A DNA stretch of 24,000 nucleotides, from assembly GCA_029558905.1 (NCBI GenBank), contig JAKQCX010000011.1:14570-38569 (forward strand), written 5' to 3'. This document shows, one piece after another, positions 1-9,042 of this stretch; within the stretch, counting starts at the first letter, position 1; each line of letters begins with the position of its first letter. This stretch comes from Pseudomonadota bacterium (GTDB lineage Bacteria; Pseudomonadota; Gammaproteobacteria; Burkholderiales; Thiobacillaceae). The notes below the pieces were generated by a model. That model worked only from the letters and a program-made list of their open reading frames with translations, ran no database searches and had not been told where the DNA came from. The position numbers were made by a program, and so were the translations under genes.

Positions 1-1
1 G

Positions 2-673
2 GCCCGAGCGGCCAACGAGGCAGGCGTGCAGCTGGTGGCCGGTGACACCAAGGTGGTGGAGCAGGGCAAGGGCGACGGCGTGTTCATCACTACCACCGGC
101 GTGGGCTTCCTGCCCGAGGGCATCCACCTCGCCGGTGACCAGGCCAGGGCCGGCGACGCGGTGCTGGTATCCGGCAGCATCGGCGACCATGGCGTGGCCA
201 TCATGAGCCAGCGGGAGAACCTCAGCTTCGACGCACCCATCCTGTCGGACACGGCGGCGCTGCACGGCCTGACCGCCGCCATGCTGGCCAGCGGCGCGGC
301 GATCCGCGTCATGCGCGACCCCACCCGTGGCGGCCTGGCCGCCACCCTGAACGAGATCGCCCACCAGTCCGGGGTGGGCATCCACCTGGAGGAGGCAGCC
401 ATCCCCGTGAAGCCCGCGGTCGGCGCCGCCTGCGAGCTGCTCGGCCTGGACCCGCTGAACATCGCCAACGAAGGCAAGCTTCTCGCCGTCTGCGCCGCCG
501 GGGATGCGGACAGGCTCCTGACCGCCATGCGCGCCCATCCCCAGGGCCGTGAAGCCGCCATCATCGGCAAGGTGGTGGCGGACCCCAACGCCTTCGTGCA
601 GATGCAGACCCGCTTCGGCGGCCGGCGCATGGTGGACTGGCTGTCGGGCGAGCAGTTGCCGAGGATTTGCTGA
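2..673 (+). CDS. hypE: Hydrogenase maturation protein HypE, C-terminal part (5' end lies outside the window)
   Basis: The frame is open from the window edge (phase of nt 2) to TGA at 671-673. The product shows a PurM/AIR-synthase-like C-terminal domain and ends with the diagnostic HypE terminus ...GEQLPRIC. hypX follows 3 nt downstream. Confidence 0.9.
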   Translation, partial: ARAANEAGVQLVAGDTKVVEQGKGDGVFITTTGVGFLPEGIHLAGDQARAGDAVLVSGSIGDHGVAIMSQRENLSFDAPILSDTAALHGLTAAMLASGAAIRVMRDPTRGGLAATLNEIAHQSGVGIHLEEAAIPVKPAVGAACELLGLDPLNIANEGKLLAVCAAGDADRLLTAMRAHPQGREAAIIGKVVADPNAFVQMQTRFGGRRMVDWLSGEQLPRIC

Positions 674-676
674 TCC

Positions 677-2359
677 GTGCGCATCCTCTTCCTCACCCAC
701 GCCTTCAACAGCCTGACCCAGCGCCTCTATGTGGAGCTGACCCGGCTGGGCCATGAGGTCTCCATCGAGTTCGACATCAACGACAGCGTCACCATCGAGG
801 CGGTGGACCTGTTCCGTCCCCACCTGATCCTGGCCCCCTACCTGCGCCGGGCCATTCCGGAGGCCATCTGGAAACACCACCTGTGCCTGGTGCTGCATCC
901 GGGCATCGTCGGCGACCGGGGTCCCTCGGCCCTGGACTGGGCCATCCTGAAGGGCGAACGGGAATGGGGCGTGACCCTGCTCCAGGCGGAAGCGGAAATG
1001 GACGCGGGCCCCGTGTGGGCCAGCGAGGCCTTTGCCCTGCGGGCGGCGAAGAAATCCAGCATCTACCGCAACGAGGTGACCGAGGCCACCGTGCGGGTGG
1101 TCAAGACGGCCCTGGAGCGGCTGCCGGACTATCGCGCGGGCAGGTGGCAACCGTCGCCCATACCCTTGCGCCCCATGCACGCCCTGATGAAACAGGCGGA
1201 TCGGGCCATCGACTGGGCCCGTGACAGCACCGAGACCGTGCTGGCCAAGCTCAACGCCGCCGATGGCTTCCCCGGGGTGAAGGACGAACTCTTCGGTCAT
1301 CCCTGCCATCTGTTCAACGCCCAGCCCTTCCCCGCCCGGGGCACACCCGGCGCGATCCTGGGTCGCAGCGGCGAGGGGCTCGTGCGTGCCACGGTGGACG
1401 GGGCGGTGCGCATCGGCCACGTGAAGAATGGCGCCAGCCCCCTGCCCCTCAAGCTGCCCGCCGTCCTGGCCCTGGCCGAGACGGCCTCCCTGCCGGAGCT
1501 GACCGGCGGTGAGTGGGACATCCGCTACGAGGAAGCCGGCGGCGTGGGCTATCTGCACTTCGACTTCTACAACGGCGCCATGCACACCGCCGCCTGCCAG
1601 CGCCTGCTGGCCGCCTACGAGGCCGCGCGCCAGCGTCCCACGCGGGCCATCGTCCTCATGGGCGGGCCGGACTTCTTCAGCAATGGCCTGGACCTGAACC
1701 ACATCGAGGCGGCGGACAGCCCGGCGGACGAATCCTGGCGCAACATCGGGGCCATGGACGATCTCTGCCGCGCCGTCATCGAGACTACCGACCGGCTCAC
1801 CGTCGCCGCCCTGCAGGGCAACGCCGGCGCCGGCGGCGCCTTCCTGGCCCTGGCGGCGGACCAGGTCTGGGCCAGGGAAGGGGTGATCCTCAACCCCCAC
1901 TACAAGAACATGGGCAACCTGTATGGCTCGGAGTACTGGACCTACCTGCTGCCCCGACGGCTGGGGGGCGATGCCGCCCGCGGCATCATGGCCCGACGCC
2001 TGCCCCTGGGTACCCCGGAGGCGGTAGAGACCGGCTTCATCGACGCCTGTTTCGGCCCCGACCCGGCCGCATTCCGAACCGAAGTCCGTCAGCGCGCCCT
2101 GGCCCTGGCAGAAGGACCGGAATTCCATCCGCGCCTGCAGGACAAGCGCGCCCGCCGGCAGGCGGACGAGGCCACCAGGCCCCTGGCCCAGTACCGGGCC
2201 GAGGAACTGGTGCACATGCAGCGCAACTTCTACGGCTTCGACCCCAGCTACCACGTGGCCCGCCACCACTTCGTGCACAAGACACCCCATTCCTGGACAC
2301 CCCGGCACCTGGCGAAACACCGGGAACTGGGCTGGCTGGTACCGGCGGAGGACACATGA
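677..2359 (+). CDS. hypX: HypX/HoxX hydrogenase maturation factor (N-terminal formyl-THF transferase-like domain plus C-terminal enoyl-CoA hydratase/crotonase-like domain)
   Basis: GTG start, 560 aa. The N-terminus MRILFLTHAFNSLTQRL...LVLHPGIVGDRGPSALDWAI resembles Fmt/PurN-type formyltransferases. The C-terminal half (LMGGPDFFSNGLDLN...GNAGAGGAFLALAAD) is crotonase-like. The position between hypE and hoxA matches C. necator. Confidence 0.9.
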   Translation: MRILFLTHAFNSLTQRLYVELTRLGHEVSIEFDINDSVTIEAVDLFRPHLILAPYLRRAIPEAIWKHHLCLVLHPGIVGDRGPSALDWAILKGEREWGVTLLQAEAEMDAGPVWASEAFALRAAKKSSIYRNEVTEATVRVVKTALERLPDYRAGRWQPSPIPLRPMHALMKQADRAIDWARDSTETVLAKLNAADGFPGVKDELFGHPCHLFNAQPFPARGTPGAILGRSGEGLVRATVDGAVRIGHVKNGASPLPLKLPAVLALAETASLPELTGGEWDIRYEEAGGVGYLHFDFYNGAMHTAACQRLLAAYEAARQRPTRAIVLMGGPDFFSNGLDLNHIEAADSPADESWRNIGAMDDLCRAVIETTDRLTVAALQGNAGAGGAFLALAADQVWAREGVILNPHYKNMGNLYGSEYWTYLLPRRLGGDAARGIMARRLPLGTPEAVETGFIDACFGPDPAAFRTEVRQRALALAEGPEFHPRLQDKRARRQADEATRPLAQYRAEELVHMQRNFYGFDPSYHVARHHFVHKTPHSWTPRHLAKHRELGWLVPAEDT

Positions 2360-3813
2360 CCTTCCCACCGACCGTCCTGATCGTGGATGACGAGGTGCGC
2401 TCCCTCGAGGCCCTGCGCCGCACACTGGAAGAAGACTTCCAGGTGTTCACCGCCACCGGCGCCGCCGAGGCCCGGGCCCTCATGCAGCGGCAGGCCATCC
2501 ACATCCTGCTCACGGACCAGCGCATGCCGGAGGTGAGCGGCGTGGAGTTCCTGCGCCAGGTGCGCCAGGACTGGCCGGACACGGTGCGCATCATCATCTC
2601 CGGTTACACCGACAGCGAGGACATCATCGCCGGCATCAACGAGGCGGGCATCTACCAGTACCTGCTCAAGCCCTGGCACCCGGAACAACTGCTGCTGACC
2701 CTGAAGCGGGCCGCCGAGCTGTACCGCCTGCAGCAGGAGAACTGCCAGCTGGCAGTGGAGCTGCGGGCCGCCGAACCGGTGCTGCGCAAACACGTGGAAG
2801 TCCGTCGGGCGCAGGTGAAGGAGACCTTCAGCCTGGAACGCATCATACGGGCCCCGGACAGCCCCATGCAGACCCTGTGCGAACAGATTGCCAGGGCCGC
2901 GCGCTACGACGTGTCCATGCTGCTCATGGGCGAGTCCGGCACCGGCAAGGAGTTGCTGGCCCGCGCCATCCACTACGCCAGCGGCCGCGCCGACCAGGCC
3001 TTCGTGGTGCAGAACTGCGGTGCACTGCCCGACAACCTGCTGGAGTCGGAGCTGTTCGGCCATCGCAAGGGTGCCTACACCGGCGCCAGCGAGGATCGGG
3101 TCGGCCTGTTCCAGCTGGCGCATGGCGGCAGCCTGTTCCTGGACGAGGTCGGCGAGACCTCCCCGGCCTTTCAGGTGAAGCTGCTGCGGGTACTGCAGGA
3201 AGGCGAGTTCCGCCCCCTGGGCAGCAACCGGGCCCAGTCCGTGGATGTGCGGGTCATCGCCGCCACCAACCGGGATCTGGGGGATGAGGTGCGCGCCGGG
3301 CGCTTCCGCGAGGACCTGTACTACCGTCTGGCCACCGTGCCCATGTGGGTACCGCCCCTGCGTGAACGGCCCATGGACATCCCCCTGCTGGCCCGGGCCA
3401 TCCTGGAGCAGGCGGCACAACAGCTGGGTTGCGAGACCCGGGGATTCACCCGGGACCTGATGGATCACCTGGTGTCCCGGCCCTGGCCGGGCAACGTGCG
3501 GGAACTGCAGAACGAAATCCGCCGCATGCTGGTGTTGTCCGACGCACCGCTCCTGGGTCTGGACGCCATCCACGCCAGCCTGAACGGCCCGGTCCGCGCC
3601 ATTGCACCCGACGATCTGCGCAGCCGGGTGGAGGCCGTGGAGACCGACACCCTGCGCCAGGCCATGGCCCGCCATGGCGGCAACCTCACCCGGGCGGCGG
3701 CGCAGCTGGGCCTCACCCGCCTGGGCCTGCGCAACAAGCTGGACCGCTTGGGCGTGCCCCGGCCCCAGCCCCGGCGCGGCCGCCCACGCGCCACGGAGGA
3801 CGGCGATGCGTGA
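2356..3813 (+). CDS. hoxA: NtrC-family response regulator / AAA+ enhancer-binding protein HoxA (hydrogenase transcriptional activator)
   Basis: The ATG at 2356 overlaps the hypX stop (ATGA). The product has a receiver domain (VLIVDDE...[12 protein letters not shown]...LLKPW), an AAA+ core (Walker A GESGTGKE, Walker [15 protein letters not shown] loop) and a C-terminal Fis-type HTH ([21 protein letters not shown]). The longer ORF-track version (1513-) is an out-of-frame Arg/Pro/Gly-rich read-through of hypX. Confidence 0.9.
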   Translation: MTFPPTVLIVDDEVRSLEALRRTLEEDFQVFTATGAAEARALMQRQAIHILLTDQRMPEVSGVEFLRQVRQDWPDTVRIIISGYTDSEDIIAGINEAGIYQYLLKPWHPEQLLLTLKRAAELYRLQQENCQLAVELRAAEPVLRKHVEVRRAQVKETFSLERIIRAPDSPMQTLCEQIARAARYDVSMLLMGESGTGKELLARAIHYASGRADQAFVVQNCGALPDNLLESELFGHRKGAYTGASEDRVGLFQLAHGGSLFLDEVGETSPAFQVKLLRVLQEGEFRPLGSNRAQSVDVRVIAATNRDLGDEVRAGRFREDLYYRLATVPMWVPPLRERPMDIPLLARAILEQAAQQLGCETRGFTRDLMDHLVSRPWPGNVRELQNEIRRMLVLSDAPLLGLDAIHASLNGPVRAIAPDDLRSRVEAVETDTLRQAMARHGGNLTRAAAQLGLTRLGLRNKLDRLGVPRPQPRRGRPRATEDGDA

Positions 3814-4816
3814 GCTCAATCTGCTCTGGATCCAGTCCGGCGGCTGCGGCGGCTGCACCCTCTCCCTGCTCAACGCCGAGCAGCCCAGCCTCATGGAACG
3901 CCTGGCGGACGCGGGCATCCGCCTGCTGTGGCACCCCAGCCTGTCCGAGGCCAGTGGCCAGGAGGCCCTGGACATCCTGCGCGCCTGCGCCGAAGGTCGG
4001 GAACGGCTCGATATCCTGTGCCTGGAAGGCGCAGTGATGACCGGCCCCGCGGGCAGCGGACGCTTCCACATGCTGGCGGGCACAGGCAGACCCATGATGG
4101 CCTGGATCGCGGAACTGGCCATGCGCGCCGCCCACGTGCTGGCCATCGGCACCTGCGCAGCCTACGGCGGCATCACCAGCACCGGCGTCAGCGGCTCCGC
4201 CTCGGGCGCCACGGGCCTGCAGTTCCATGGCGAACGTCCGGGCGGCCTGCTGTCCGCCGCCTTCCGTGCCGGAGCCGGCCTGCCCGTGGTCAATGTGGCA
4301 GGCTGTCCCACCCACCCCGGCTGGGTACTGGACACCCTGCTGGCCCTGGCCCTGGAACGGCTGGGAGAGGCCGATCTGGACAGCCTGCGCCGGCCCCGTT
4401 TCTATGCCGATCACCTGGTGCACCACGGTTGTCCCCGTAACGAGTACTACGAGTTCAAGGCCAGTGCCGAGAAGACCTCGGACCTGGGCTGCCTGATGGA
4501 AAACCTGGGCTGCAAGGGCACCCAGGCCCATGCCGACTGCAACACCCGCCTGTGGAACGGCAGCGGCTCCTGCCTGCGCGGGGGCTACGCCTGCATATCC
4601 TGCACCGAGCCCCGCTTCGAGGAACCGGGCCATCCCTTCGCCGAGACCCCCAAGGTGGCGGGCATCCCCATCGGCCTGCCCAGCGACATGCCCAAGGCCT
4701 GGTTCGTGGCCCTGGCCGCCCTGTCCAAGTCCGCCACGCCCAGGCGGGTGCGCGAAAACGCCACCTCCGACCACCTGGTGGTGGCCCCGGCGGTGAAGAG
4801 GACGGGGCTGAAGTGA
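3806..4816 (+). CDS. hoxB: Regulatory (H2-sensing) [NiFe]-hydrogenase small subunit HoxB/HupU
   Basis: The ATG at 3806 overlaps the hoxA stop by 8 nt. The protein starts directly at the conserved LLWIQSGGCGGCTLS motif, with no twin-arginine signal peptide. Further Fe-S Cys motifs are present (GTCAAYGG, GCPTHP, HHGCPRNE, CLMENLGCKG, YACISC). There is a roughly 50-aa C-terminal extension, as in sensor hydrogenases. Confidence 0.9.
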   Translation: MRELNLLWIQSGGCGGCTLSLLNAEQPSLMERLADAGIRLLWHPSLSEASGQEALDILRACAEGRERLDILCLEGAVMTGPAGSGRFHMLAGTGRPMMAWIAELAMRAAHVLAIGTCAAYGGITSTGVSGSASGATGLQFHGERPGGLLSAAFRAGAGLPVVNVAGCPTHPGWVLDTLLALALERLGEADLDSLRRPRFYADHLVHHGCPRNEYYEFKASAEKTSDLGCLMENLGCKGTQAHADCNTRLWNGSGSCLRGGYACISCTEPRFEEPGHPFAETPKVAGIPIGLPSDMPKAWFVALAALSKSATPRRVRENATSDHLVVAPAVKRTGLK

Positions 4817-6267
4817 TGGCCGCCCCGGCCACCGCCACCCGCATCGTGGGCCCCTTCAACCGCGTCGAGGGCGACCTGGAGGTACGCCTGGAGGTGGAGG
4901 ATGGCCGGGTGCGGGGGGCCTTTGTGAACTCCCCTCTCTACCGGGGCTTCGAGTCCATGCTGGTGGGCAGGGCACCTGGGGATGCTCTGGTCATCGTGCC
5001 CCGCATCTGCGGCATCTGCTCCGTGTCCCAGAGCAACGCCGCGGCCGCCGCCCTGCGCGCGCTGTCCGGACTCACCATGCCCGACAACGGCCGTCTGGCG
5101 CACAACCTGGTGAGCGCCTGCGAGAACCTGGCGGACCACCTGAGCCACTTCTACCTGTTCTTCATGCCGGACTTCGCCCGCCCGGCCTATGCGGACCGTC
5201 CCTGGTTCGAGCGGGTCGCGCGCCGCTTCAAGGCCTTGCACGGTCAGGCCACGGGCGACATGCTGCCCGCCCGGGCGGCGTTCATGCACCTCATGGGTCT
5301 CATGGCGGGCAAGTGGCCCCACAGCCTGAGCCTGCAACCCGGTGGCACCACGCGCGCCCTGGAGCAGGCGGAATGCCTGCAGCTCATTGCCCTGTTGCGC
5401 GCCTTCCGCCGTTTTCTGGAACAGCACGTGTTCGGCGACAGCCTGGAACAGGTGGCAGCCCTGGCCAGTCTTGCCGATCTGACCGCCTGGCGCCGGAACC
5501 GTGAGGGCGACCTGGCCCTGTTCCTGGATGTGGCCGAGGACCTGGGTCTGGAACGCATGGGCCGGGCCACGGACGTATTCCTCAGCTACGGCGCCTATGA
5601 GGAGACCCAGGGGCAGCTGTTCATCCCCGGTCTGTGGCAGGCCGCGCAGCATCATGTCCTGGCACCGCAGGCCATCGCGGAGGACCTGAGCCATGCCTGG
5701 CTGGCGGGGGATGCAGCCCCGCCAGCCCAGGGCCAGACCATTCCCCAGGCGGACAAGCCCGGGGCCTATACCTGGTGCAAGGCTCCCCGCTATCACGGCG
5801 TCGTGGCGGAAACCGGTGCCCTGGCGCGACAGATGGTGACGGGTCATCCGCTGGTGCGGGATCTGGTGAGGCTCCACGGCGGCAGCGTCATGGCCCGGGT
5901 GCTGGCCCGCCTGCTGGAACTGGCCCTGGTGCTGCCACGCATGCAGGTCTGGGCCCGGCAACTGCAGCCCCGGGCCCCCTGGTGCCATCACGCCGATGCG
6001 CCCCGGGAAGGCACGGCGGCGGGCCTGGTGGAAGCCGCGCGAGGCGCCCTGGGCCACTGGCTCACGGTGAAACAGGGACGCATCGCCAACTACCAGATCA
6101 TCGCCCCCACCACCTGGAACTTCTCCCCGCGGGACGCACAGGGCACCCCCGGGGCCCTGGAACAGGCGCTGGCCCACCTGCCCGTGTCGGCAGACCAGGA
6201 TCCGCCCCTGCTGGTGCAGCATGTGGTGCGCTCCTTCGATCCGTGCATGGTATGCACGGTGCATTGA
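4816..6267 (+). CDS. hoxC: Regulatory (H2-sensing) [NiFe]-hydrogenase large subunit HoxC/HupV
   Basis: The ATG at 4816 shares its A with the hoxB TGA. The product has the N-terminal Ni-binding motif PRICGICSVSQ and the C-terminal motif DPCMVCTVH followed immediately by the stop codon, so there is no protease-cleaved extension. The CGIC Ile and HFYLF Phe gas-channel residues are 48 residues apart, as in the C. necator sensor. Confidence 0.92.
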   Translation: MAAPATATRIVGPFNRVEGDLEVRLEVEDGRVRGAFVNSPLYRGFESMLVGRAPGDALVIVPRICGICSVSQSNAAAAALRALSGLTMPDNGRLAHNLVSACENLADHLSHFYLFFMPDFARPAYADRPWFERVARRFKALHGQATGDMLPARAAFMHLMGLMAGKWPHSLSLQPGGTTRALEQAECLQLIALLRAFRRFLEQHVFGDSLEQVAALASLADLTAWRRNREGDLALFLDVAEDLGLERMGRATDVFLSYGAYEETQGQLFIPGLWQAAQHHVLAPQAIAEDLSHAWLAGDAAPPAQGQTIPQADKPGAYTWCKAPRYHGVVAETGALARQMVTGHPLVRDLVRLHGGSVMARVLARLLELALVLPRMQVWARQLQPRAPWCHHADAPREGTAAGLVEAARGALGHWLTVKQGRIANYQIIAPTTWNFSPRDAQGTPGALEQALAHLPVSADQDPPLLVQHVVRSFDPCMVCTVH

Positions 6268-6282
6268 GGCCGGAGGCGAAGG

Positions 6283-7632
6283 ATGGAGGAGGGAAGGCAG
6301 GGGACCGGGCACGCGCAAGGGCCCATCTCCACGCCCCTTCCCCCCGGCGGCGAGGAGGTCTGGATCGAGGTCATCCACAAGATGGACGAGGTCTACAGCG
6401 ACCTGCTGAAGTACGAGGTGGCCCTGGAGGAGAAGAACGCCGCCCTGGAGGAATCCCAGCGCTTCGTATTGTCGGTGCTGTCCTCCATGTCCGACCTGCT
6501 GCTGGTCTGCGACCTGGAGGGACGCATCGAGGTGGTGAACCAGGCCCTCATCGCATTGACCGGCAAGACGGAGGCGGAACTGGTGGGCGCCTCCCTGTTC
6601 GACCTGTTTCCGGACGAGGCCACCCGCCAGTCTGCGCGTCAGGCCTTCTCCACCCGGGGACTCAAGGGCCTGGCGGACTGCGAACTGGATATGCAGACCA
6701 GGGATCGGCTGCCCGTGGCCGTGTCCTTCAACTGCATGCCTTGTCACAACCACCGCGGCGTCCTGCTGGGCATGGTGGTGACGGGCCGCCCCCTGGGGGA
6801 GCTGCGCAGGGCCTACCAGGCCCTGCACGAGGCCCATGAGGACCTGAAGCGCACCCAGCAGCAGCTCCTGCACGCGGAGAAAATGGCTTCCCTGGGCCGC
6901 CTGGTGGCGGGCGTGGCCCACGAGCTCAACAACCCCATCAGTTTCGTCCTCGGCAACGTGCATGCCCTGCGCCGCTACGCGCAGCGCCTGGGCCGGTACA
7001 TCTCCCTGCTGCACGCCCCCCACAGCGCGGCCGCGCAGGCACGCCTGCGGGACGAACTGCGTATCGACCGCATCCTGGAGGACCTGCCCTCCCTCATGGA
7101 CGGCACCATCGAAGGCGCGGAGCGCACCCGCGACATCGTCGACAGCCTGAAACGCTTCTCCGTGGCGGATCGGGACAAGGCCCGCCCCTTCAACCTGACG
7201 CAGGTGATCGAGCGGGCGGTGAGCTGGATACGCAAGGCCTCGCCGGAGCGCTTTCAGGTGGACCTGGATCTGCCTGAAGGCATCAACGTGGTGGGCTCGT
7301 CGGGCCAGATCCAGCAGGTGGTGATGAACCTGGTGCAGAACGCCCGTGACGCCACGGCGGACCTGGCCGAACCACGCCTCGTCATCACCGCGCGACAGTC
7401 CGGCAGACAGGTGGAGGTGTGTTTTCAGGACAACGGCCCCGGCATCCAGGAAACTCACCTGCCCCATGTGTTCGAACCCTTCTTCACCACCAAGCCCGTG
7501 GGCAAGGGCACGGGGCTGGGCCTGGCCATCAGCTACGGCCTGGTGGAAAAGCACGGCGGCCAGCTGGAAGCGGCCAACGGTCCGGCAGGAGGCGCCCTGT
7601 TCACGCTGAGCCTGCCCCTGGGCAGGCCCTGA
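6283..7632 (+). CDS. hoxJ: Soluble PAS-domain histidine kinase HoxJ/HupT of the H2-sensing system
   Basis: GGAGG lies 6 nt upstream of the ATG. There are no obvious TM segments. A PAS-like region (SMSDLLLVCDLEGRIEVVNQALIALTGKTEAELVG) is followed by the H-box AHELNNPISF, N-box QVVMNLVQNARDA, DNGPGI, FEPFFTTK and GKGTGLGLAIS. The gene sits immediately after hoxBC. Confidence 0.87.
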   Translation: MEEGRQGTGHAQGPISTPLPPGGEEVWIEVIHKMDEVYSDLLKYEVALEEKNAALEESQRFVLSVLSSMSDLLLVCDLEGRIEVVNQALIALTGKTEAELVGASLFDLFPDEATRQSARQAFSTRGLKGLADCELDMQTRDRLPVAVSFNCMPCHNHRGVLLGMVVTGRPLGELRRAYQALHEAHEDLKRTQQQLLHAEKMASLGRLVAGVAHELNNPISFVLGNVHALRRYAQRLGRYISLLHAPHSAAAQARLRDELRIDRILEDLPSLMDGTIEGAERTRDIVDSLKRFSVADRDKARPFNLTQVIERAVSWIRKASPERFQVDLDLPEGINVVGSSGQIQQVVMNLVQNARDATADLAEPRLVITARQSGRQVEVCFQDNGPGIQETHLPHVFEPFFTTKPVGKGTGLGLAISYGLVEKHGGQLEAANGPAGGALFTLSLPLGRP

Positions 7633-7772
7633 CGCCGGGCAGACGCCTAGGGAAGGTCTACAGAGTCGGCCCTGAACAACTCGATTGCACGAGGCGGGCT
7701 GTGTCGTTATGGATAGGCTGTTGAAAACATGAGCCGCCACCGGCGCCAGGCAAGCCAAAGCACACGCAGGTT

Positions 7773-8978
7773 CTAGGGCTTGACCGGCCGCACCCGGGCG
7801 GCTGCCTCACGGGCGCGGGCGCGGGCTTCCTCCGTGTCCCGGCCTTCTGCCAGGGCCACGCCCATGCGGCGGCGGATGGTGGCCTTCGGCTTGCCGAACA
7901 GGCGGATGTCCGTACCCGGCACGCGCAAGGCCTCGGCCACGCCTTCATAGCGGATGGCCGCACCTTCCACGCCGCCGTAGATCACCGCCGAGGCCCCGGG
8001 ATTGCGCAGGGACACATCCACCGGCAGCCCCAGCATGGCACGGGCATGCAGTTCAAACTCGCTCTGGCGCTGGCTGGTCAGGGTCACCAGCCCCGTGTCG
8101 TGAGGCCGGGGGCTGACCTCGGAAAACCATACCTTGTCACCCTTCACGAAGCATTCCACACCGAACACCCCCAGGCCGCCCAGGTCGTCGGTGATACGGC
8201 GCGCCATATCCCGGACCGTGGTCAGGGCCGCGGGGGCCAAGGGCTGGGGCTGCCAGCTTTCCACATAATCCCCCTTGACCTGGAGGTGGCCGATGGGGGC
8301 GCAGAAATGGGTTTCGATGCGTCCATCCGCGCCCCGGGCCCGCACCGTCAGTTGGGTGATCTCGCAATCGAAGTCGATGAGGCCCTCGACGATAACCTGG
8401 CCCTTGTCCACCCGGCTGTCTCGCGCGGCATAGTGCCAGGCCCCGGCCAGGTCCTCGGCCAGGTCCACCCGGCTCTGACCCTTGCCGGAAGAGGACACGA
8501 CAGGTTTGACCACACAGGGATAGCCGATGCCGCCTGGATCCTCCACGGCAGCCCGCAGGGCCTTGAGGGAATCCACGAAGGCATAGCTGGAGGTAGGCAG
8601 GCCCAGGGTCTCGGCCGCCAGGCGGCGGATACCCTCACGGTGCATGGCCAGATGGGCCGCCCGGGCCGTGGGGATCACCGTGCAGGCCCCCGCCCGCTCC
8701 AATTCCAGCAGGGTTCCGGTGGCGATGGCTTCGATCTCCGGTACCACCAGGTGGGGCTTTTCCGAGTCGATGAGCCGCGCCAGGACGTTACCGTCGGTCA
8801 TGTCGATGGTTTGCGCCCGATGCGCGACCTGCTGGCCCGGGGCGCCGTCATAGCGATCCACCGCCACGACCTCCACGCCCAGGCGCTGCAGGGCGATGAT
8901 GATTTCCTTGCCCAGTTCCCCGGCCCCCAGCAGCATGACCCGGGTGGCGCAGGCGGACAGGGGGGTGCCGATGTACAT
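7773..8978 (-). CDS. purT: Formate-dependent phosphoribosylglycinamide formyltransferase 2 (GAR transformylase T)
   Basis: 401 aa. The sequence starts [25 protein letters not shown] with an ATP-grasp fold ([27 protein letters not shown]) and a C-terminal ...[18 protein letters not shown] typical of PurT. The internal ATG at 8978 is preceded by a purine-rich SD (GAGAGAAGAAAGG). The 125 codons upstream in the ORF track look non-coding. Confidence 0.93.
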   Translation of the reverse strand: MYIGTPLSACATRVMLLGAGELGKEIIIALQRLGVEVVAVDRYDGAPGQQVAHRAQTIDMTDGNVLARLIDSEKPHLVVPEIEAIATGTLLELERAGACTVIPTARAAHLAMHREGIRRLAAETLGLPTSSYAFVDSLKALRAAVEDPGGIGYPCVVKPVVSSSGKGQSRVDLAEDLAGAWHYAARDSRVDKGQVIVEGLIDFDCEITQLTVRARGADGRIETHFCAPIGHLQVKGDYVESWQPQPLAPAALTTVRDMARRITDDLGGLGVFGVECFVKGDKVWFSEVSPRPHDTGLVTLTSQRQSEFELHARAMLGLPVDVSLRNPGASAVIYGGVEGAAIRYEGVAEALRVPGTDIRLFGKPKATIRRRMGVALAEGRDTEEARARAREAAARVRPVKP

Positions 8979-9042
8979 GGCCAACCTTTCTTCTCTCTCG
9001 AACGTTATAGTTGCGTGCAAGGTTACCGTAAGAGTCCCCCAC

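Noticed and set aside
1513-2355. N-terminal extensions of ORF-track entries: hoxA from 1513, hoxB from 3602, hoxC from 4552, purT to 9353, the LysM gene from 8896, CYTH-CHAD to 19917, the small ORF to 17275
   Set aside because: The extensions overlap the preceding gene out of frame and are Arg/Pro/Gly-rich. Internal ATGs give the canonical family N-termini, with coupling or SD signals in place.
2248-4152. 634-aa minus-strand ORF opposite hoxA
   Set aside because: It is antisense to a gene with complete receiver/AAA+/HTH architecture. Its composition is low complexity, consistent with a high-GC artefact.
4585-7758. 1057-aa ORF on the minus strand spanning hoxB, hoxC and hoxJ
   Set aside because: It is entirely antisense to three well-supported genes and runs across their boundaries. 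The product is Gly/Ala/Arg/Pro/His-rich low complexity with no recognisable motif. This is the typical stop-codon-poor antisense frame of a ~70% GC genome.
8979-9042. PurR-box-like sequence (GAACGTTA core) in the purT / LysM-gene divergent region
   Set aside because: It matches only about 9 of 16 positions of the enterobacterial PurR operator as I recall it. No matching box lies upstream of purL, and LacI-type PurR may not exist in this lineage.
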